A DNA stretch of 57,361 nt, taken from assembly GCF_001949145.1 (NCBI RefSeq), contig NW_019091355.1:5281518-5338878 (forward strand), in the 5' to 3' direction. Below the pieces are notes generated by a model. It was given only the letters and a program-made list of their open reading frames with translations. It was not told the DNA's origin and ran no database searches. The translations under genes were made by a program, and so were the position numbers. Of this stretch, positions 13,257 to 26,523 are shown one piece after another (within the stretch, counting starts at the first letter, position 1; every line of letters starts with the position of its first letter). The DNA is from Acanthaster planci. Its lineage: Eukaryota.

Positions 13257-15610
13257 CTGGACAGGAAGAGGGGAAAAAAAAAGAGGAGAGAATTACAGAT
13301 CCATCATCTCCATGCGTTCAAGATTAAACATAAATCTGTAAGTGTCTAGGATACAACAAAGGAGAGGAATAACAGGCATTTAATCAAGTGTTACATATCT
13401 TCCATTTGTGGAAATCTTGTATCCCAGTGCAAAAGTGTGTTAGAAGTGAAGTCACCAACATTTTCTAAAAAGTGGCATAAAGGAGAAGGCTATAAGTTCA
13501 AAAATAGAAAACACATGCATTAAGTTACAAACGTCTGGGGTTGCGATAGGAATGTTTACAACAAATTCACAGTGTGAACATGTAGAGAACAAGATCAAGT
13601 TTGTTATGTGTGTTAACATGTAAGTGGGATAAATTTGTGATGGCTGATTACAAAGAAAGTTTAGAAGCGACCATAACAATTAGTCAAAGAAATTGAACAC
13701 GGTCGAGATAACAACTTGCAACAAAAAAAGAATTTTTGGTTGGTACAAAAAGAAGCAACTTGATAACATGAGCTGGTAATAAAATGTTTCAGAAAATGTT
13801 CAAGTCGACATGAAATGGTTAATGCAAAACCATCTGTGAAAATGAACAACAATAAATCACAAAAATTGAATTACAAACAAATATACTATAGATGTTACAA
13901 TTAGGACAATTCTTGTTACCTTGAATTGGGTGGTAGAAAACTTGCGTCTAACAAATTTAAAGACATACGACTTTAAATCCCCTCAAGAAAATAAAGTATT
14001 GTGAATGACAATCTGGTCTTATTGCTCCATACAAAAAATGGCGAATGGAGCTCTGTAGCTGGTATCCTAAATTTATGGCTCTACTGTGCAAGCAAAGACA
14101 AGAGATACATGTAGCACTGTGAAGGATTTGTGTGATGTGAAGCAGAGACAGAGATAAAAACTGTTATGAAATAAAGAGTTAGATAATCATTGGTACAATT
14201 TGGACACGGTGCTCAAAAAGGTTACCTTCAAGATTTAGGCATCGTAACATATACACTCTCCAATCAAGCTGCTTATAACCCCCCATAACATCCTTGCATG
14301 TTTTTGACAGGGGCCGTGAATAAGTTGGCATTGGTGTGTCCTTTTCTGCTTTCCACTGACATGATGTAATAGAGCTACATGGTTAAAGCGTTATGTCTCT
14401 CAGGTCACATGATAAGCATGAGAGAGAATTGAAGGTGCTAGAGAAATGGCGACAACATGCCTGAAGGGGTAACATGCTGATGAGGAACGGTGATGTGCAA
14501 AGGAAAAATCAGTTTGGTGGAGGAAAAACATCACAATTTCCAAACCTTTGACAGGAGAAAATACGACAAAAATGGTAATATTTTTGTATCTAGATTAACC
14601 CTGGGGAAGTTTTCCCAAGTACAGCTTCAGGCTTCAGTCTCATGAACAGTCTCCTGAATTGGGACCTTTGGCCCAAACGGAGTCCAACTCTGGGGGTTGC
14701 TTCAGAAACACCCATGAAACAGTGCTTCAGTCTTTTTGCTTTGTTTCTGAGACTAACTATCACAACAACAAACTGCAGCTGGAAATGAAACAGGGGTCCC
14801 AGCAGAAGCCGTGAGTTTGAAAATTGTCTAGGTGACAAAAAAAGCTCTCCAAAATATCGCTAATTCAGAATTTTGCCCAGAAGACCAGCATCGCAACACT
14901 TTTATAAGCAATCAATGCTCCTGAAATCTATTGCTGTGCCGGCCAATTCTTTTTCATGTCAAATATGACTCCATTGAGAATTTCTTCTTTTTACTGTGTT
15001 TAAGTAACTGCCATTTCCCACTGCTGTTACAAAAAACAGCACTGTTCAGTAACAGGTAACCTGTCATTTTTGTGGAACTGGTGAACACTTGAGCACTGCT
15101 TCATTAATCTGTGACTGAGAGCAATTTACGGGCTGAAAGGAATCCGACTTTTGTGGAGAAAAAACTTGTGCTCATTGAAAAGCTCCAAAAAAAAAATGGC
15201 CCAAAACTGCAGATGGTTGGGGAAATTGTACAACATCAGAGCAGAGGTTAGAATAAAGTTGAAGGTGAGGTAGCGGATCGTACGCTTGTTATTGGCAGAG
15301 AATGAAATATCTAAGTCACAAGCCCGGTCAAAGCCCCAAAAGGTCCAATGCTAACAACGTCACGCTGTTGTCATTTACATAGCCCTGTGACTTGACTTAA
15401 AACTGAATGACCTATGATGGACTTGAAAGGCTGACTTGACAACACTGGACAGGTGCACATATCTCCAAATAGAAAAAAGGAAGGAGATACGTGTAAATGC
15501 TATTGCAAGGGATGAGACAGACAGAGGTGTGGCCACAAGTTCATGGGATGGGGGTGATATTCAGATTGGAATTCCATGCAACATGATTATCAATGGACAA
15601 CCAAACCGAC

Positions 15611-15652
15611 CTTCCTCAGGCCCCGGCTCACTAGGTCGCGGATCTCGGGGGG
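15611..15652 (-). CDS. Candidate 42-nt cassette micro-exon ((A)PRDPRPSEPGPEE)
   Basis: GC-rich island in AT-rich intron; long pyrimidine tract plus tttttag acceptor; donor AAG|GTCGGT; phase 1 to 1, open in frame. Confidence 0.45.
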
Positions 15653-17979
15653 CTAAAAAGTCAACAGAGTCAAGGGGAAACAAAAATTAATCAACCAAAC
15701 CTGAATCCAGTCTGGTTGGAAAAGATGGAAGATCACTTGGTGAAATTGAAAAAAACAAAAAAACAAGAGGGGTTAAGTGACATGGTAGGAGCAGAAGCAG
15801 GTATTAAGATTTAGCGCTTATCTTAAACAAAAGAGCAAGATGAAGTTCACGAATGAGTCGATAAACAAATTTATATAACCTGGTGAATGTATTAAATTTT
15901 CCCAGAGGATTAGAAATTGCCATACGATTCTATCAAATCAAGATCACTCAAAAATCAAACAATCACTTTGATAATGCTTTATTCACAACAGGAAAAACAT
16001 TACTCCTGGAAAAAAAAATCACCCGACCTAAAATATATGGGTGATCTTTAGGATCCAAGGGATCACAAGACAGAGAAATGTAACACTTGAGGTTTGATTG
16101 GCTTAATTATCACAACTAAATCCAAAGTAACAACCAATCATGATTTTTACCCCAAAAGCTTCAATCTGTAACAGCAAAGGCAGGTCCCGTACAACCAAAA
16201 GAACCATATCAACAAAATCTGACAGTACGGTACCATTTTTCCAAACTGCCCTTTGTCTCTGGGTTTCACTTTCCCTGTGTCTACAGTTCCAACTCCTGGT
16301 CTTAAAACCGAGTCAGATGGAAAAACGCCTGTGTATGGTTTCATGGAATATAATTCACCATTGCTAAAGCAAAAGAAAGAGCCATGTTGAATGCAAAGCA
16401 AAGTTGGAGGTTCCAGACGTAGACAAAGTCATGGTTTGAGACAGGCATGTGGTAGTATGAGGGGCAGCAGGTTTGGTTGCTGAAGGGGGGGGTATGAATG
16501 CATGTAGAGGTGTGTGTATCATCAGGCTGGGGGAGAACCTTCATAGCTTTCAGGGTTTCTAATGAGGAGTGCCTTGCTCATGAAGTGCTTGCACAACAAA
16601 TAAAACTTGTTTCGCTAAACAAAAACAGCCATGCAAACAAAACACATTTTTGAAAAAAAAAGCAACAAAAACACATTTTCATCTAACAATTATTGAAAAG
16701 TCATATGTGTGAAAACTGTCAGAGGGAATTTCAAATTCACAAGGATTGCTTATGATAGGACCTCTAACAATACCTCATCGAAAAGCTACAAATGCTGGTA
16801 AGATTACTAAAATTCTGACACATCTGTCTGATCTTGCTGCTGCAAAGGCTCTATAGGCTTCTACAGGCAAGACATTCTTATAATGGGATGTTGTTAGATT
16901 GGTGTTGTAGACCCATGTGACACTGTAAATGATACCAGATGTGGATTTACATACATCATGCAAGGGCCTGGGTCCCACATTTTGAGGGACCCTCCCACAA
17001 ATGCCAGCCATGTTTTCGTCCTGATGGTAAAAATCAGAGAGTGGATTACAGGGGAAAAATTTCGATCTTTGGCCAACTCTTTCAATTGCTTTACCCAAGG
17101 TCTATGTCACATTTCTTGGGCTGGGGATATCCCACAACCATAATCCTGGCTGGTATGGCACTACACGGCTGACTGAAAGCCAAGGAAGAACATGCCATGT
17201 GCATAGGAATGCTTTTGACTGATTTCCAACTGCATGTGCAGATCCTTATCTATTCACAGGGAAGCCATGTGATGATGCTCCCTGGATCTATCTTGTTCAA
17301 TGTAATCTGTTACACGGGATGGTGCCAGACTATTTAAGGTTCCAAGTCTCATTTTCATTTCCTCTATAAATGTGACTTAAACCACTTAGATATAAATGAT
17401 CACAAGATTTGAAATATTCATCGGTGTCCATTGGCATTAATTTGTGATGAACTCTTGATTAGTTGCTTTCATTTCTATTCCCAGGTTCCAAAAATGAAAA
17501 CTTAACTGTGCTTTCAATTAAATATGGCTGCCTTGTAAAGAAGGCTATTAGAGTATTCTCGTCACACGTATTCATGTGACGAGAATATATCGTCATGTAC
17601 ATGTGTGTGCACAGTGGAAAAGACACTCGTGTGCCTTCTTTGTAAAGTCATCAACTGGATTTTTTCAACTCTAGCAGCCATCGTTGGCAGAATAGTAAGT
17701 GTGAGGGTTGTTATTGTACGCGTTGGGTAGATATGCATGGTAAGTGTGGTTTGGTGAATTGTGACCAGATGTCACAAATTAAACAAGTCTTTAGGCCATA
17801 TCTTTGAGTAAGATTGTTGGCCTTAGAAAGAGCAAGCTGAGCTCTGGTTTGATGTATCACTTAGTTTGGCATCCGTGGCCATTTCAATTAGGGACTCATT
17901 TTAGTACAACTTGCTCTATCGTTATCTTTTCTCCAGTGGTCTCTCCTCAATCCAACCATCCTCTCTTTGATCAACTCAC

Positions 17980-18201
17980 CTTCCCGGATGTCGATGTCCA
18001 CTTGGCTCTGCGACTTGATGTCAGTGGCTGGGCTGTTGCGTAGGCAGAGCAGCGGCACACAGCCTCCCTCGAGCAGCCGCACCACGATGTGGCTGGCGTC
18101 AAACGTCATCTGCAGCTCTGCCACGGGGATGTTCATGTGGAATGCCGTGACCAATAAGCCGGTCTGAACAGCCCAGACACGGACTGTACCATCATGAGAA
18201 C
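17980..18201 (-). CDS. NWD-like exon S: last WD40 repeats and start of tail (SHDGTVRVWA...VPLLCLRNSPA...DIRE)
   Basis: Acceptor tcaacag, donor AAG|GTGAG; 222 nt, phase 1 to 1. Confidence 0.9.
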
Positions 18202-18331
18202 CTGTTGACATTGGAGAGGTAATGTGTCATAACTGCATCACACTGAACAGAATGAATGACACCAGCGTTGAAGTTTAAAAACCTACAAGTCCATCACAAA
18301 TCACCCAGTCTTATGTCATGTCCATAAGCTA

Positions 18332-19222
18332 TTAACCACTTCGCGCTGGACCGTTATCAATGTTCACGCTACTTTTTCATTTTTTTTTGTCTTAAAAATT
18401 CTTCAAAAATGTATATTTTTGTTTTCTGCATGCATACACCCAAAAGAATGACAGTCCTGTGTCAACTCTAATCTGACAGGCAACCTCCATTGACGCGCGA
18501 GTATTGCAGCCACACATGCTGCCCAGTAAAGAGCCCCCATTATGCGGTGTCGCATAATGTCCTCTTTGTTCTGGGAATTAGCCCAGTGCGTTGTTACACT
18601 GGATGGATGGTGTTGCTATGCAGGGTGCGTGGGCCATGGGGGGGGGGCCCGGGCCATTCATCGAGCACACCGGCACGATGAACGTTACACATTACAGCCA
18701 GATTCAATGAGCGTGGAGCGGTACTGTATCGCTAATTGCTGGATTGTGTGATTTTGTCTCTGCTGATAATCCGTGGGCACTGGCAGAGAAAAACAATGAT
18801 ACCGTTTCAAAACAACGACGGATTATTTCAATATTAATATATGCTGGGTAAGGGCAAAAGCCATATTTAAATGATGGATTACCTCTGCTAATGGCCAGCA
18901 CTGTGCACTGACACTGTACGAACCTTCATTGGCAAGTCCTAGCAGCTCGGTCTTTTGTTTCCAAGTTCAGTCACCCCGGCCATGAATAAAGGCCCAGTTT
19001 TCTGGTCCAGTGAACCCATTGTTGCAAAGCAATGATGGAATTACCTTCGTTGATGGCCCAAACTTGTTTTCTGACAGCAAGTAAACTTTTCTTAAAACAC
19101 CTAGCAACTTTAGTTTTTTTTAAAAGAAAGTTTCAATTTCGGGCACCTCGGCCCTGTGGGCCACGCACTGTGGGCCACGCACTGTGTCTCCAGTAGTGGG
19201 TTCCCCGGTGCAAAGTGGTTAA
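18332..19222. mobile_element. Non-autonomous TTAA-flanked DNA transposon (piggyBac-like MITE), copy 1
   Basis: TTAA-CCACTTCGCGCTGG at left and CCGGTGCAAAGTGG-TTAA at right (imperfect TIR, TTAA on both sides); interior alignable to copies at about 20.9-21.5 kb and 21.9-22.6 kb. Confidence 0.7.
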
Positions 19223-19455
19223 AGGGAACTGTAACAGAAGTTGTTGTCATTTTTCATGCCATTGCTTAAGACTGGTGTTGTGGAAAGACTTGTCACTGGA
19301 CTTGTAACTAGTCTTGTGAAGGGACTTGTGATGGACTCAACTTCACACTGGATGACACATGCTAACTCAGAAGATGACATTCTCTTTTCTGGTGTGCTAA
19401 TGATACATCTCCAAATACAGAAGTTGTACAAAAGGGTTCTCTTGTTTGCTCTTAC

Positions 19456-19651
19456 CTGAGACCACAATACTGCCGTCACTAGTCATCTTAGCACTGGTGA
19501 CGATGTCCGTGTGGCCCATCAGCACCTTCTCAATCTCACCTGTGCCCATGTTCCAGATGATCAGAGTCTTATCATGTGACCCCGAGATCACATGACGGTT
19601 GTGGTCGGCCAGGGTGACACAGGACACTTTGTCATCATGGCCAGCAAGGAT
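19456..19651 (-). CDS. NWD-like exon R: WD40 (ILAGHDDKVSCV...SGSHDKTLIIWN...GHTDIV...IVVS)
   Basis: Acceptor catacag, donor CAG|GTAAG; 196 nt, phase 0 to 1. Confidence 0.92.
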
Positions 19652-20395
19652 CTGTATGACAAGGTGATGAAAAATGTCTTTCTTTACGATAGGGGGAATC
19701 AGGGATAATTTGTATTTTAAATATGCTCACTTCTAAAAAATAAATCAATAAATGCCAACGGTTACGGACTAAACTTAAGTGAAGAATAATAATAGAACTT
19801 TGCACTCATCCATTCAGATTATTTGATGAGTACATTCTTGTAACTTCTTCAGGATGCATGTGACTTCTCCATTATGCAAGTAAAGATTGATTTTGTTTTT
19901 TTAAGTCTAGTCCTGAATTCTGAGCACTGTGAATTTTGTCAGAAATTGTAACAGAACTTCCCACACAGCCATTGTGAAAAGGGGTGGGGGTAGGGTGGCA
20001 CTTGCTCTGCCCAATCAGAAGAAATGAAAACGGGGAAGAAAGGAAGGAAAAAGCAAATGTCAAAAGAAACAAAAAGAGGAAAGGGGATGAAAATCACTTT
20101 ATTAAATTTTCTTTAAATACCTCTAATTTGGCCCCTTACCACAGTTGATATTTTGCCAGTTTGCTACTGATGAGTGCTCTGCCCCTCCATCCCCTCCTCC
20201 CCAAGAAATCTTGGTATTTGCCCTTGCACAAGGCCCTGTACCAACCTGTCCCATTGCAAACTTCCATTAGTTAGCAAATCTCAATGCAAGTTGCTGAAAT
20301 GTGTCTAAACTAGAAACTGAATGCTCTTCATTGCATTGCTATAAGAATTTTATTAAAAAAATTTCCATCTAGGTCAAACTTCAGAGGGTGCTGAC

Positions 20396-20644
20396 CTGCG
20401 TGAGCTTGCCGGTTTCTGTCTCCCAGATCTTGAGGGACATGTCCTCGGAGCCTGTGATGGTGAAGTGGTTGTCCCTGGTCACCGCCAGGCAGGTGATGGT
20501 CTCCACGTGGTTGATGGTCTTGACCGACTCGCCGCTGCCCACTGACCAGATCTTCATCAGCTCGTTCCCATCCCCGCTGATGGCGAAGTCATTGTTCGGG
20601 GTCAGGGTGACCATGGAGGAGGGGCCACTGCAGGACAGCAGGAC
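20396..20644 (-). CDS. NWD-like exon Q: WD40 (VLLSCSGP...TGSEDMSLKIWETETGKLTQ)
   Basis: Acceptor tcggcag, donor CAG|GTCAG; 249 nt, phase 0 to 0. Confidence 0.92.
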
Positions 20645-20884
20645 CTGCCGACCAAATAAACAAGGGAAAACATGGGTTACCTGTGCCTACCAATACCAAT
20701 GGCCCATCCAGCGTCTGATACTCGGGGTACAATGATGATTCTAACATATCAGTGTTTTAGCAGTCTTAAAAACCTTGAAAACACATGCATTTCATTCATG
20801 ATTTGCTTCAATTTTCTTAGTTATTAGTTTCAGGTCAAACAATTCAGCACTGTATATTAAGTCACAATGTATATTATTAATTGA

Positions 20885-21469
20885 ACCATCCAAATGTTAC
20901 CATGCTAGCAAGCATGTCTCATGTTTGTATTTTATTTATATTTTTTTCTGTTTTCAAAATTCTTTAAAAATTCATAACTTCATCTTCTGGACGTTTACAC
21001 CCACACGAATGACTGTCTGGTGGCTGCTCTAATCTGACAGACAACATTTATTAATGCCCGCGTATTTCAGCCACGCCTGCTGTCTTGCAAGAAGAGCCCA
21101 GATTGTGCAGTGTTATGTACGTTTCTTTTGTTCCCGAAACCGGCACAGTGCACTGCTGGCGTCTTTTCAACAGGGGCCAGATTAGTATGCAGCGGTATTG
21201 TATCGCTCATCACTGGAGCGCTTTTGTCCTCGGTGGTAATCCGCTTGCGCTGAATGCCACAAACAGTGGTATAATCTTTCAAAACAATGATAGATTTCCT
21301 CCGCTAATGACAACTGAAAAAATGTTGGCAATTCCCAGCAGCCCGGTCTTTTGTTCCGAGTACGGTCTTTTGTTACAAGGCCCAGCTCTTTTGTCTGGCT
21401 TCAGGCTCCCCAGCTTCGTGTATAAAATCTGTGAATGTCCACGAATGCGGGTACCCGGTATCTGGTTAA
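20885..21469. mobile_element. Same MITE family, copy 2 (degraded left end)
   Basis: Shared blocks gaatgactgtctggtggct.ctctaatct, agagcccag, gcggtattgtatcgct, taatccg..gcgctgaatgccac, caaaacaatga, cggtcttttgtt; ends tggTTAA. Confidence 0.65.
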
Positions 21470-21729
21470 ATGCTTGTTTGACCAAAAGGAAATGATGACT
21501 TGCAAAACTACACGAGGAAGCCATACAGGTTTGTGAATCTTCCCCAAACAAAACTGAAGAATCAGTCAAACTTTCAATAGAAAACCCCATTTATTTCTCA
21601 CAAAAGCAATCACTACCCCACAACCCAAATTAAGCCTATAAACAAGCTCACACAGTAAGAAACAGGTCAGGAAAGGTTAGATCTCTGCAACAAGCAATTT
21701 GGGTGTCTAGTCAAGGTCTGTTTCCATAC

Positions 21730-21902
21730 CTCCCCTGATTCTGCCCTCCATAGCTTCATGTGGTTGCTGTAGTCAGCTGACAAGATGCGCTTGTTGTCCG
21801 ACGTGATGAGGACGTTTGAAATGACATCGGAGTGTTCAGTGAAACACACGACCACCACCCCGGAGCCAGCACTCCAAACACGCACTGACTTATCCTCAGA
21901 GC
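21730..21902 (-). CDS. NWD-like exon P: WD40 (SEDKSVRVWS...HMKLWRAESGE)
   Basis: Acceptor tttccag, donor GAG|GTATG; 173 nt, phase 1 to 0. Confidence 0.92.
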
Positions 21903-21940
21903 CTGGAAAATGTATAAAACTACCTCTTTACTCAGTACAC

Positions 21941-22556
21941 TTAAACCACTTCCTGCCAGGTGGAGTTTGCACATGAGGGACCAATTGCCCAGTGGTTTTT
22001 TTATGATTTTCCATTTTCATAGTTGTTCAAAAATTCATTATTTCATTTTACTACTGGACGCTTACACCTACATGAATGACTGTCTGGTGGCTACTCTAAT
22101 CTAACAAGCAACTGCCAGTCACTCTGCAGTATTGCAGGAAGGCCTGCCGCCTTGTAGAGAGAGCCCAGAATTGTGTGGTGTTGCGTAATTTCTTTTGTTC
22201 CCAAAATTGGCCCTGTGTGTTGCTGAATGGCAGTGGTGTCTTTACAAATGTGGCCATATTAGCATGCAGCGGTATTGTATCGCTTGAATGCTGGAGCACT
22301 TTTGTCCCCCCTGATAATCCGTGGGCGCTGAATGCCACAAGTAGTGGTATACTGTGTCAAAACAATGACGGATTACCTACGAAAATGCCAGCACTCTGTG
22401 CTGAAAACTTTTGGCAATTCCCAGCTGCTCGGTCTTTTGTTCCCAGTCCGGTCTTTTGTTACAAGGCCCAGTTCCTTTTGTCTGATTTCGGGCTCCCCAG
22501 CCATGCATATAAAGCCAACATCTCTGGTACCGGGCTCCCCATCGCTGAGTGGTTAA
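21941..22556. mobile_element. Same MITE family, copy 3
   Basis: Starts TTAA-ACCACTTCC and ends GAGTGG-TTAA; same internal blocks and orientation as the other copies. Confidence 0.7.
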
Positions 22557-22887
22557 TGTTTCTCAACATATTCACGTGGTCCTGTATATACTCACTGGAA
22601 ATGTAGCTTTATTTTCCATTTTGCTGAGAATTATATCTTTCTTCTTTTCCCAGTAAACTTAAAATAAAAGCTGAAAATCTAGAATAAAATTAGCCAAAAA
22701 AGGCTCAGATATTAAATATTCATAAAAGGGTGTAAGCAGGATATATCTAATTTGCATAAGCTGGGCATGACAGTACATATTCCAAATTGGGCATATCTCA
22801 GAGACAGAAAAATCTGTGTCATCTGCAGGGGCAATATATATGACAACTATTAAACTAATATTCAAAGGTGGGGATGGTTAGACCTAC

Positions 22888-23046
22888 CCGAGACAGCAAA
22901 ACTTGCATCATCTGCCAGCGCTACGCATGTAATTGGCTTAGTGTGTTCACAAAGGATGTTGATCATTTGGCTCTGCTCAAGGTTCCATAGTCTCAGTGTA
23001 CAGTCTGTGGAACCGGTGATGGCAAAAATTCCTTCCTTGCTCAGAG
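22888..23046 (-). CDS. NWD-like exon O: WD40 (LSKEGIFAITGSTDCTLRLWN...SFAVS)
   Basis: Acceptor tcaacag, donor G|GTAGG; 159 nt, phase 1 to 1. Confidence 0.92.
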
Positions 23047-23317
23047 CTGTTGAAAGGAGAAGAAAAAATTTAAAAAATGGTCCAATCAAAGCAATTCCTG
23101 AGAGATATTTATAGATGTGAATTTTTGTGTTGGACAGATATTCTTTTTCTTTACTGGAGTTTTGCCCTTTATCAAAAGCATATTTGTAACACTGTATACC
23201 CCCCCCCAAAAATTAACATCTCCGCAACATACAAACAATCACATCTCACGAATATTATTTGACACAGTACCCACTGCTGATTAACTCAAACTGGCCAGCC
23301 AACCTCAACAAACTCTT

Positions 23318-23436
23318 TGGTCGAGTGCTAAGACGTCTGCACTTCTAAGCAGGATGTTGTGGGTTTAAGTCTTGAGAGAGTAAGCTTGTAAATTTTTCAC
23401 AAGCCCTCGGACAACGATGAGTACACCTGTACTGTA
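23318..23436 (+). mobile_element. Degraded SINE family 2 copy
   Basis: ggtcgagtgctaagacgtctgcacttctaagcagga...tttttcacaagccctcggacaacgatgagtacac aligns with 36603-36716. Confidence 0.65.
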
Positions 23437-25048
23437 AATATATGCCACTGAAGGGCTGAACTGACAACAGATATAAAAACTTTCGGAGACATGCTAAACG
23501 GGACAGCTTTCAGCTAGCTATCCCACGTCAGATGTCACATCTCTAAATAATTGCTTCACAAAAGAAACTCAGTTCATTAGACAAACTTCACTTCTAATTG
23601 GTGCTAAGGACAAAAGTGAAGACAACTGGCAGATTTGTCAAAGTACCTCAGTAGGAAGAATAAGCCACTGCTCAACAGCCACGTATCCAAACCCTGCTGA
23701 AGCCAATTTCCTTGAATTCTTACGTCAGCTTAATATCTCATGAAATTTCCAATCTTCCATACACACAAGCCTCTTTGGTCAAACGGTATAGTGTATCTCA
23801 AGGCACAATGGAACACCAGATTTACAACCTGACCTGGGGTAAAACCTTATTGATGGAGCTATGCTAACTGGCCTTTAAAGCTGGCATGTTCAAAAGAGAA
23901 ACAAACAGAAGAGCAACATGTTTCGTTGGGATTGAGTTGGCCATGAATAAATGTCCTGCCTCAAACCTCTATCTTATGGGCACAATGGATCTTGACAAAA
24001 TGAGAAGATTATGTGGACTCAAGCTGACAAAACAGACTGGTGTCTTGGGGCAGCACTTATTGGCCATTCTGATCCTCAGAAGGGGGAAAACACGAGATGG
24101 ATTAAATTAAATCTGGTGAAAGCTGCAATGATGTGCATTGCCCCGGGGTGGGGGGGTTTGCACCGAGTTGAGACAGCTGAACTTTGGAAACTTATCTGTG
24201 CAGACATCGAGCTTATCGATCATATCATGACATCCCTCACAGATCAACTCCCCTGAAGGTGTCAAGAATTTTTGTTGAGAATTTGCAGTCAAGATCCAGT
24301 GCTGCCAACCAGTGTAGGATGTAAAACGTTGGTTGTTCTTGCCAAAATATATATATTTCCTCTACAAGTCACAAGATAATTGAGGGCCTCAGGCAAAACA
24401 CAAAGCACTCAGAGAAACACTCGCCTTCGACAGAATCTGGAACTGTCCATGTTGGCATTTGCGAAACAACTTGGGGTTTTTCTTTTTACACTGAACAAAT
24501 AATTCCAGATGTGAGTTATTCTAGATAGTTGCTTTGAGTGATAGAGTCCAAAAACATTATCTTTATGTAATTCTTTTTATTTGGTCCTTCCATTTTCCAC
24601 ATGTTCCACATGGCCAATTTGAGCAACCTTCCATACTCTATCTACAGAGTAGATACCGAGTACATTTCTTCGGATTTTAAAATCTGGCTGTGTTTTCAAG
24701 AGCAATCTTTAGGACGCAAAACCTTCATACCTGTATTTTATGTCACTTCTGCAGTTTGTGTTACCTTCAAATTAAATTGAAAATAAATTGTGTTCTCAAG
24801 CAAGTGACACAGAGTGGCTTTACAATGCTTACTAATGAATTCATCGTGGGGGGATTAGGAAATCATGAGCAGTACAAGACTTTCAGCAGTGCATTTGTTA
24901 ATGTATTTTTAATGCAAAGTAAAAAAAAAAAAGGAACTACAAAATCAGCTGATATGTAGAAAAGCTGCGTACTTGCTCACTTGACTGGGTCACAAACGGT
25001 GTGTTTAGACCACAGCAAGATGGCTAGTGGTGGAACTATTTGACCTAC

Positions 25049-25316
25049 CGATGCAGGTGACCTTGCTGTGGTGGGCGAAGGGCGACACCTCTGAGTTGGA
25101 CTTCTTGGGCATGTTCCAGACCCGCACGTGGCCGTCCATGCAAGCAGTCATCATGAAGTGGCCGTCCTGCGTCACGGCCACCTTGGACACCGAGCCGTTG
25201 TGACCTGTCAGCGTCTGGACAATCTCCCGCGACTTGATGTTGTAGACCAGCACCTTGTGCTTGATGGTTGCAACGGCAATGTGGGTGCCGTCCGCACAGT
25301 TACTGAGGTCGACAAT
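25049..25316 (-). CDS. NWD-like exon N: WD40 repeats (IVDLSNC...TGHNGSV...DGHVRVWN...KVTCI)
   Basis: Acceptor ttttcag, donor G|GTAGG; 268 nt, phase 0 to 1. Confidence 0.92.
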
Positions 25317-25946
25317 CTGAAAAAAGACACCAGGAGGCTTTGAAAATGGATTTCTTGGCAAGGGCAGAATGAGAGGGGGGAGGAGAAACAGGCAATGGCA
25401 TCACTCCCCCCCCAAAAAAAACTTTAGTTTCGGAAAACTTATGAGAGAGAAAATACAGTCTTAACCCTCAGAAATGCCATAAAAGGTTATATACAGAAAT
25501 GTCCTAAATTTCCTGAAATTTCTAAAAAGTCTTCCATGACAAAAGAAATAGCTGTTGCCTTTGTGTTTGATCAAACATTTCATGCCTTGACCACTGAGCT
25601 TTTCACCACCAATCAGTAACCTACAACTGGCCAAACAAGTTAGTTGGTAGACAGTAACATCTTTACAACAGCCAGAAACTAATCACATGCCATTTTCTGA
25701 AAGAAACGCTGCCATATTCTGTTACAGTATACTACACGTACCTTCAAATTCTTATCACAAAATCTGCAAGAAATCTGCCCAGTTTAGCTTCTTTTCTTCA
25801 GCAATAATATTTCTTGCCGAGTATGCAGCACCTCAGTGCTTGTAGACTCCAATGATTTCAGGCAAAATGAAATTGATATTTATGGGTGGCGCTTGAAAAG
25901 AAAAATAACAGGAATTTCAAATAATATGAAGCCGGGTAATGCTTAC

Positions 25947-26026
25947 GTTTTCATCATGCTGTTCAAGGCAGTGGACTTCAGACCCTGTCGGTAGACAACT
26001 TATCTGGAGTTTCTTGTCCTCATAAG
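25947..26026 (-). CDS. NWD-like exon M: WD40 ((A)YEDKKLQISCLPTGSEVHCLEQHDEN)
   Basis: Acceptor acatgtag, donor AAC|GTAAG; 80 nt, phase 1 to 0; needed to reconcile the phases of the flanking exons and completes a WD40 repeat. Not in the ORF track. Confidence 0.82.
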
Positions 26027-26420
26027 CTACATGTACAACAAAATGAGACATTTGTGAGCTTGAAGACCAGTTTACAGATTGCACAGGGCAGGGTGCCCAA
26101 AATTCAACTCAACTGCAAAGAGATGTTGCAAACTAAAAGGTGTTTTGGTGCCTGGGAAATTAAACACTGATAATGTAAACAATAGATCAGATGATAATCC
26201 TGCAATGTGCGCCAAGATTTGTTTGATGTTTGTTTACCACCATGGAAGATAAAAAGCCCAATATTAAAAGTAAGTGTGAACACACTAAATAAAATGATTG
26301 TTAAAATTAATTGTTAAAATTAAAATGTGCTAAGAGAAAAATGGGGACACTCGTGACCAGCTATAAATGTGACATAACAAAAACAATAAAAACTTATACA
26401 AAAATCCAATTGTGACAAAC

Positions 26421-26523
26421 CTGTGATGATGAACATATCGTCGGAGGATATTGTCATATGAGTGATCAGACATTTGTGGCCTTCAATCAAATCCAGCTGC
26501 ACGAAAGTCTCCAAACTCCAAGT
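26421..26523 (-). CDS. NWD-like exon L: WD40 (TWSLETFVQLDLIEGHKCLITHMTISSDDMFIIT)
   Basis: Acceptor tttgcag, donor CAG|GTTTG; 103 nt, phase 0 to 1. Confidence 0.9.

Noticed and set aside
13920..13947. 28-nt micro-exon with AG/GT borders
   Set aside because: Not a multiple of three; would frameshift the terminal exon
16341..16558. Alternative terminal exon (ETLKAMKVLPQPDD...VNYIP*) in phase with exon S
   Set aside because: Weak acceptor (ctcattag), intron-like composition and no motif; cannot be supported without transcripts
17554..17587. 13-bp-arm hairpin as a terminator or regulatory element
   Set aside because: Eukaryotic intron; short and without supporting context
21085..22606. Similar plus-strand ORFs of 136 and 143 aa as paralogous genes
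   Set aside because: Similarity comes from MITE copies; reading frames are not conserved between copies and there are no transposase motifs
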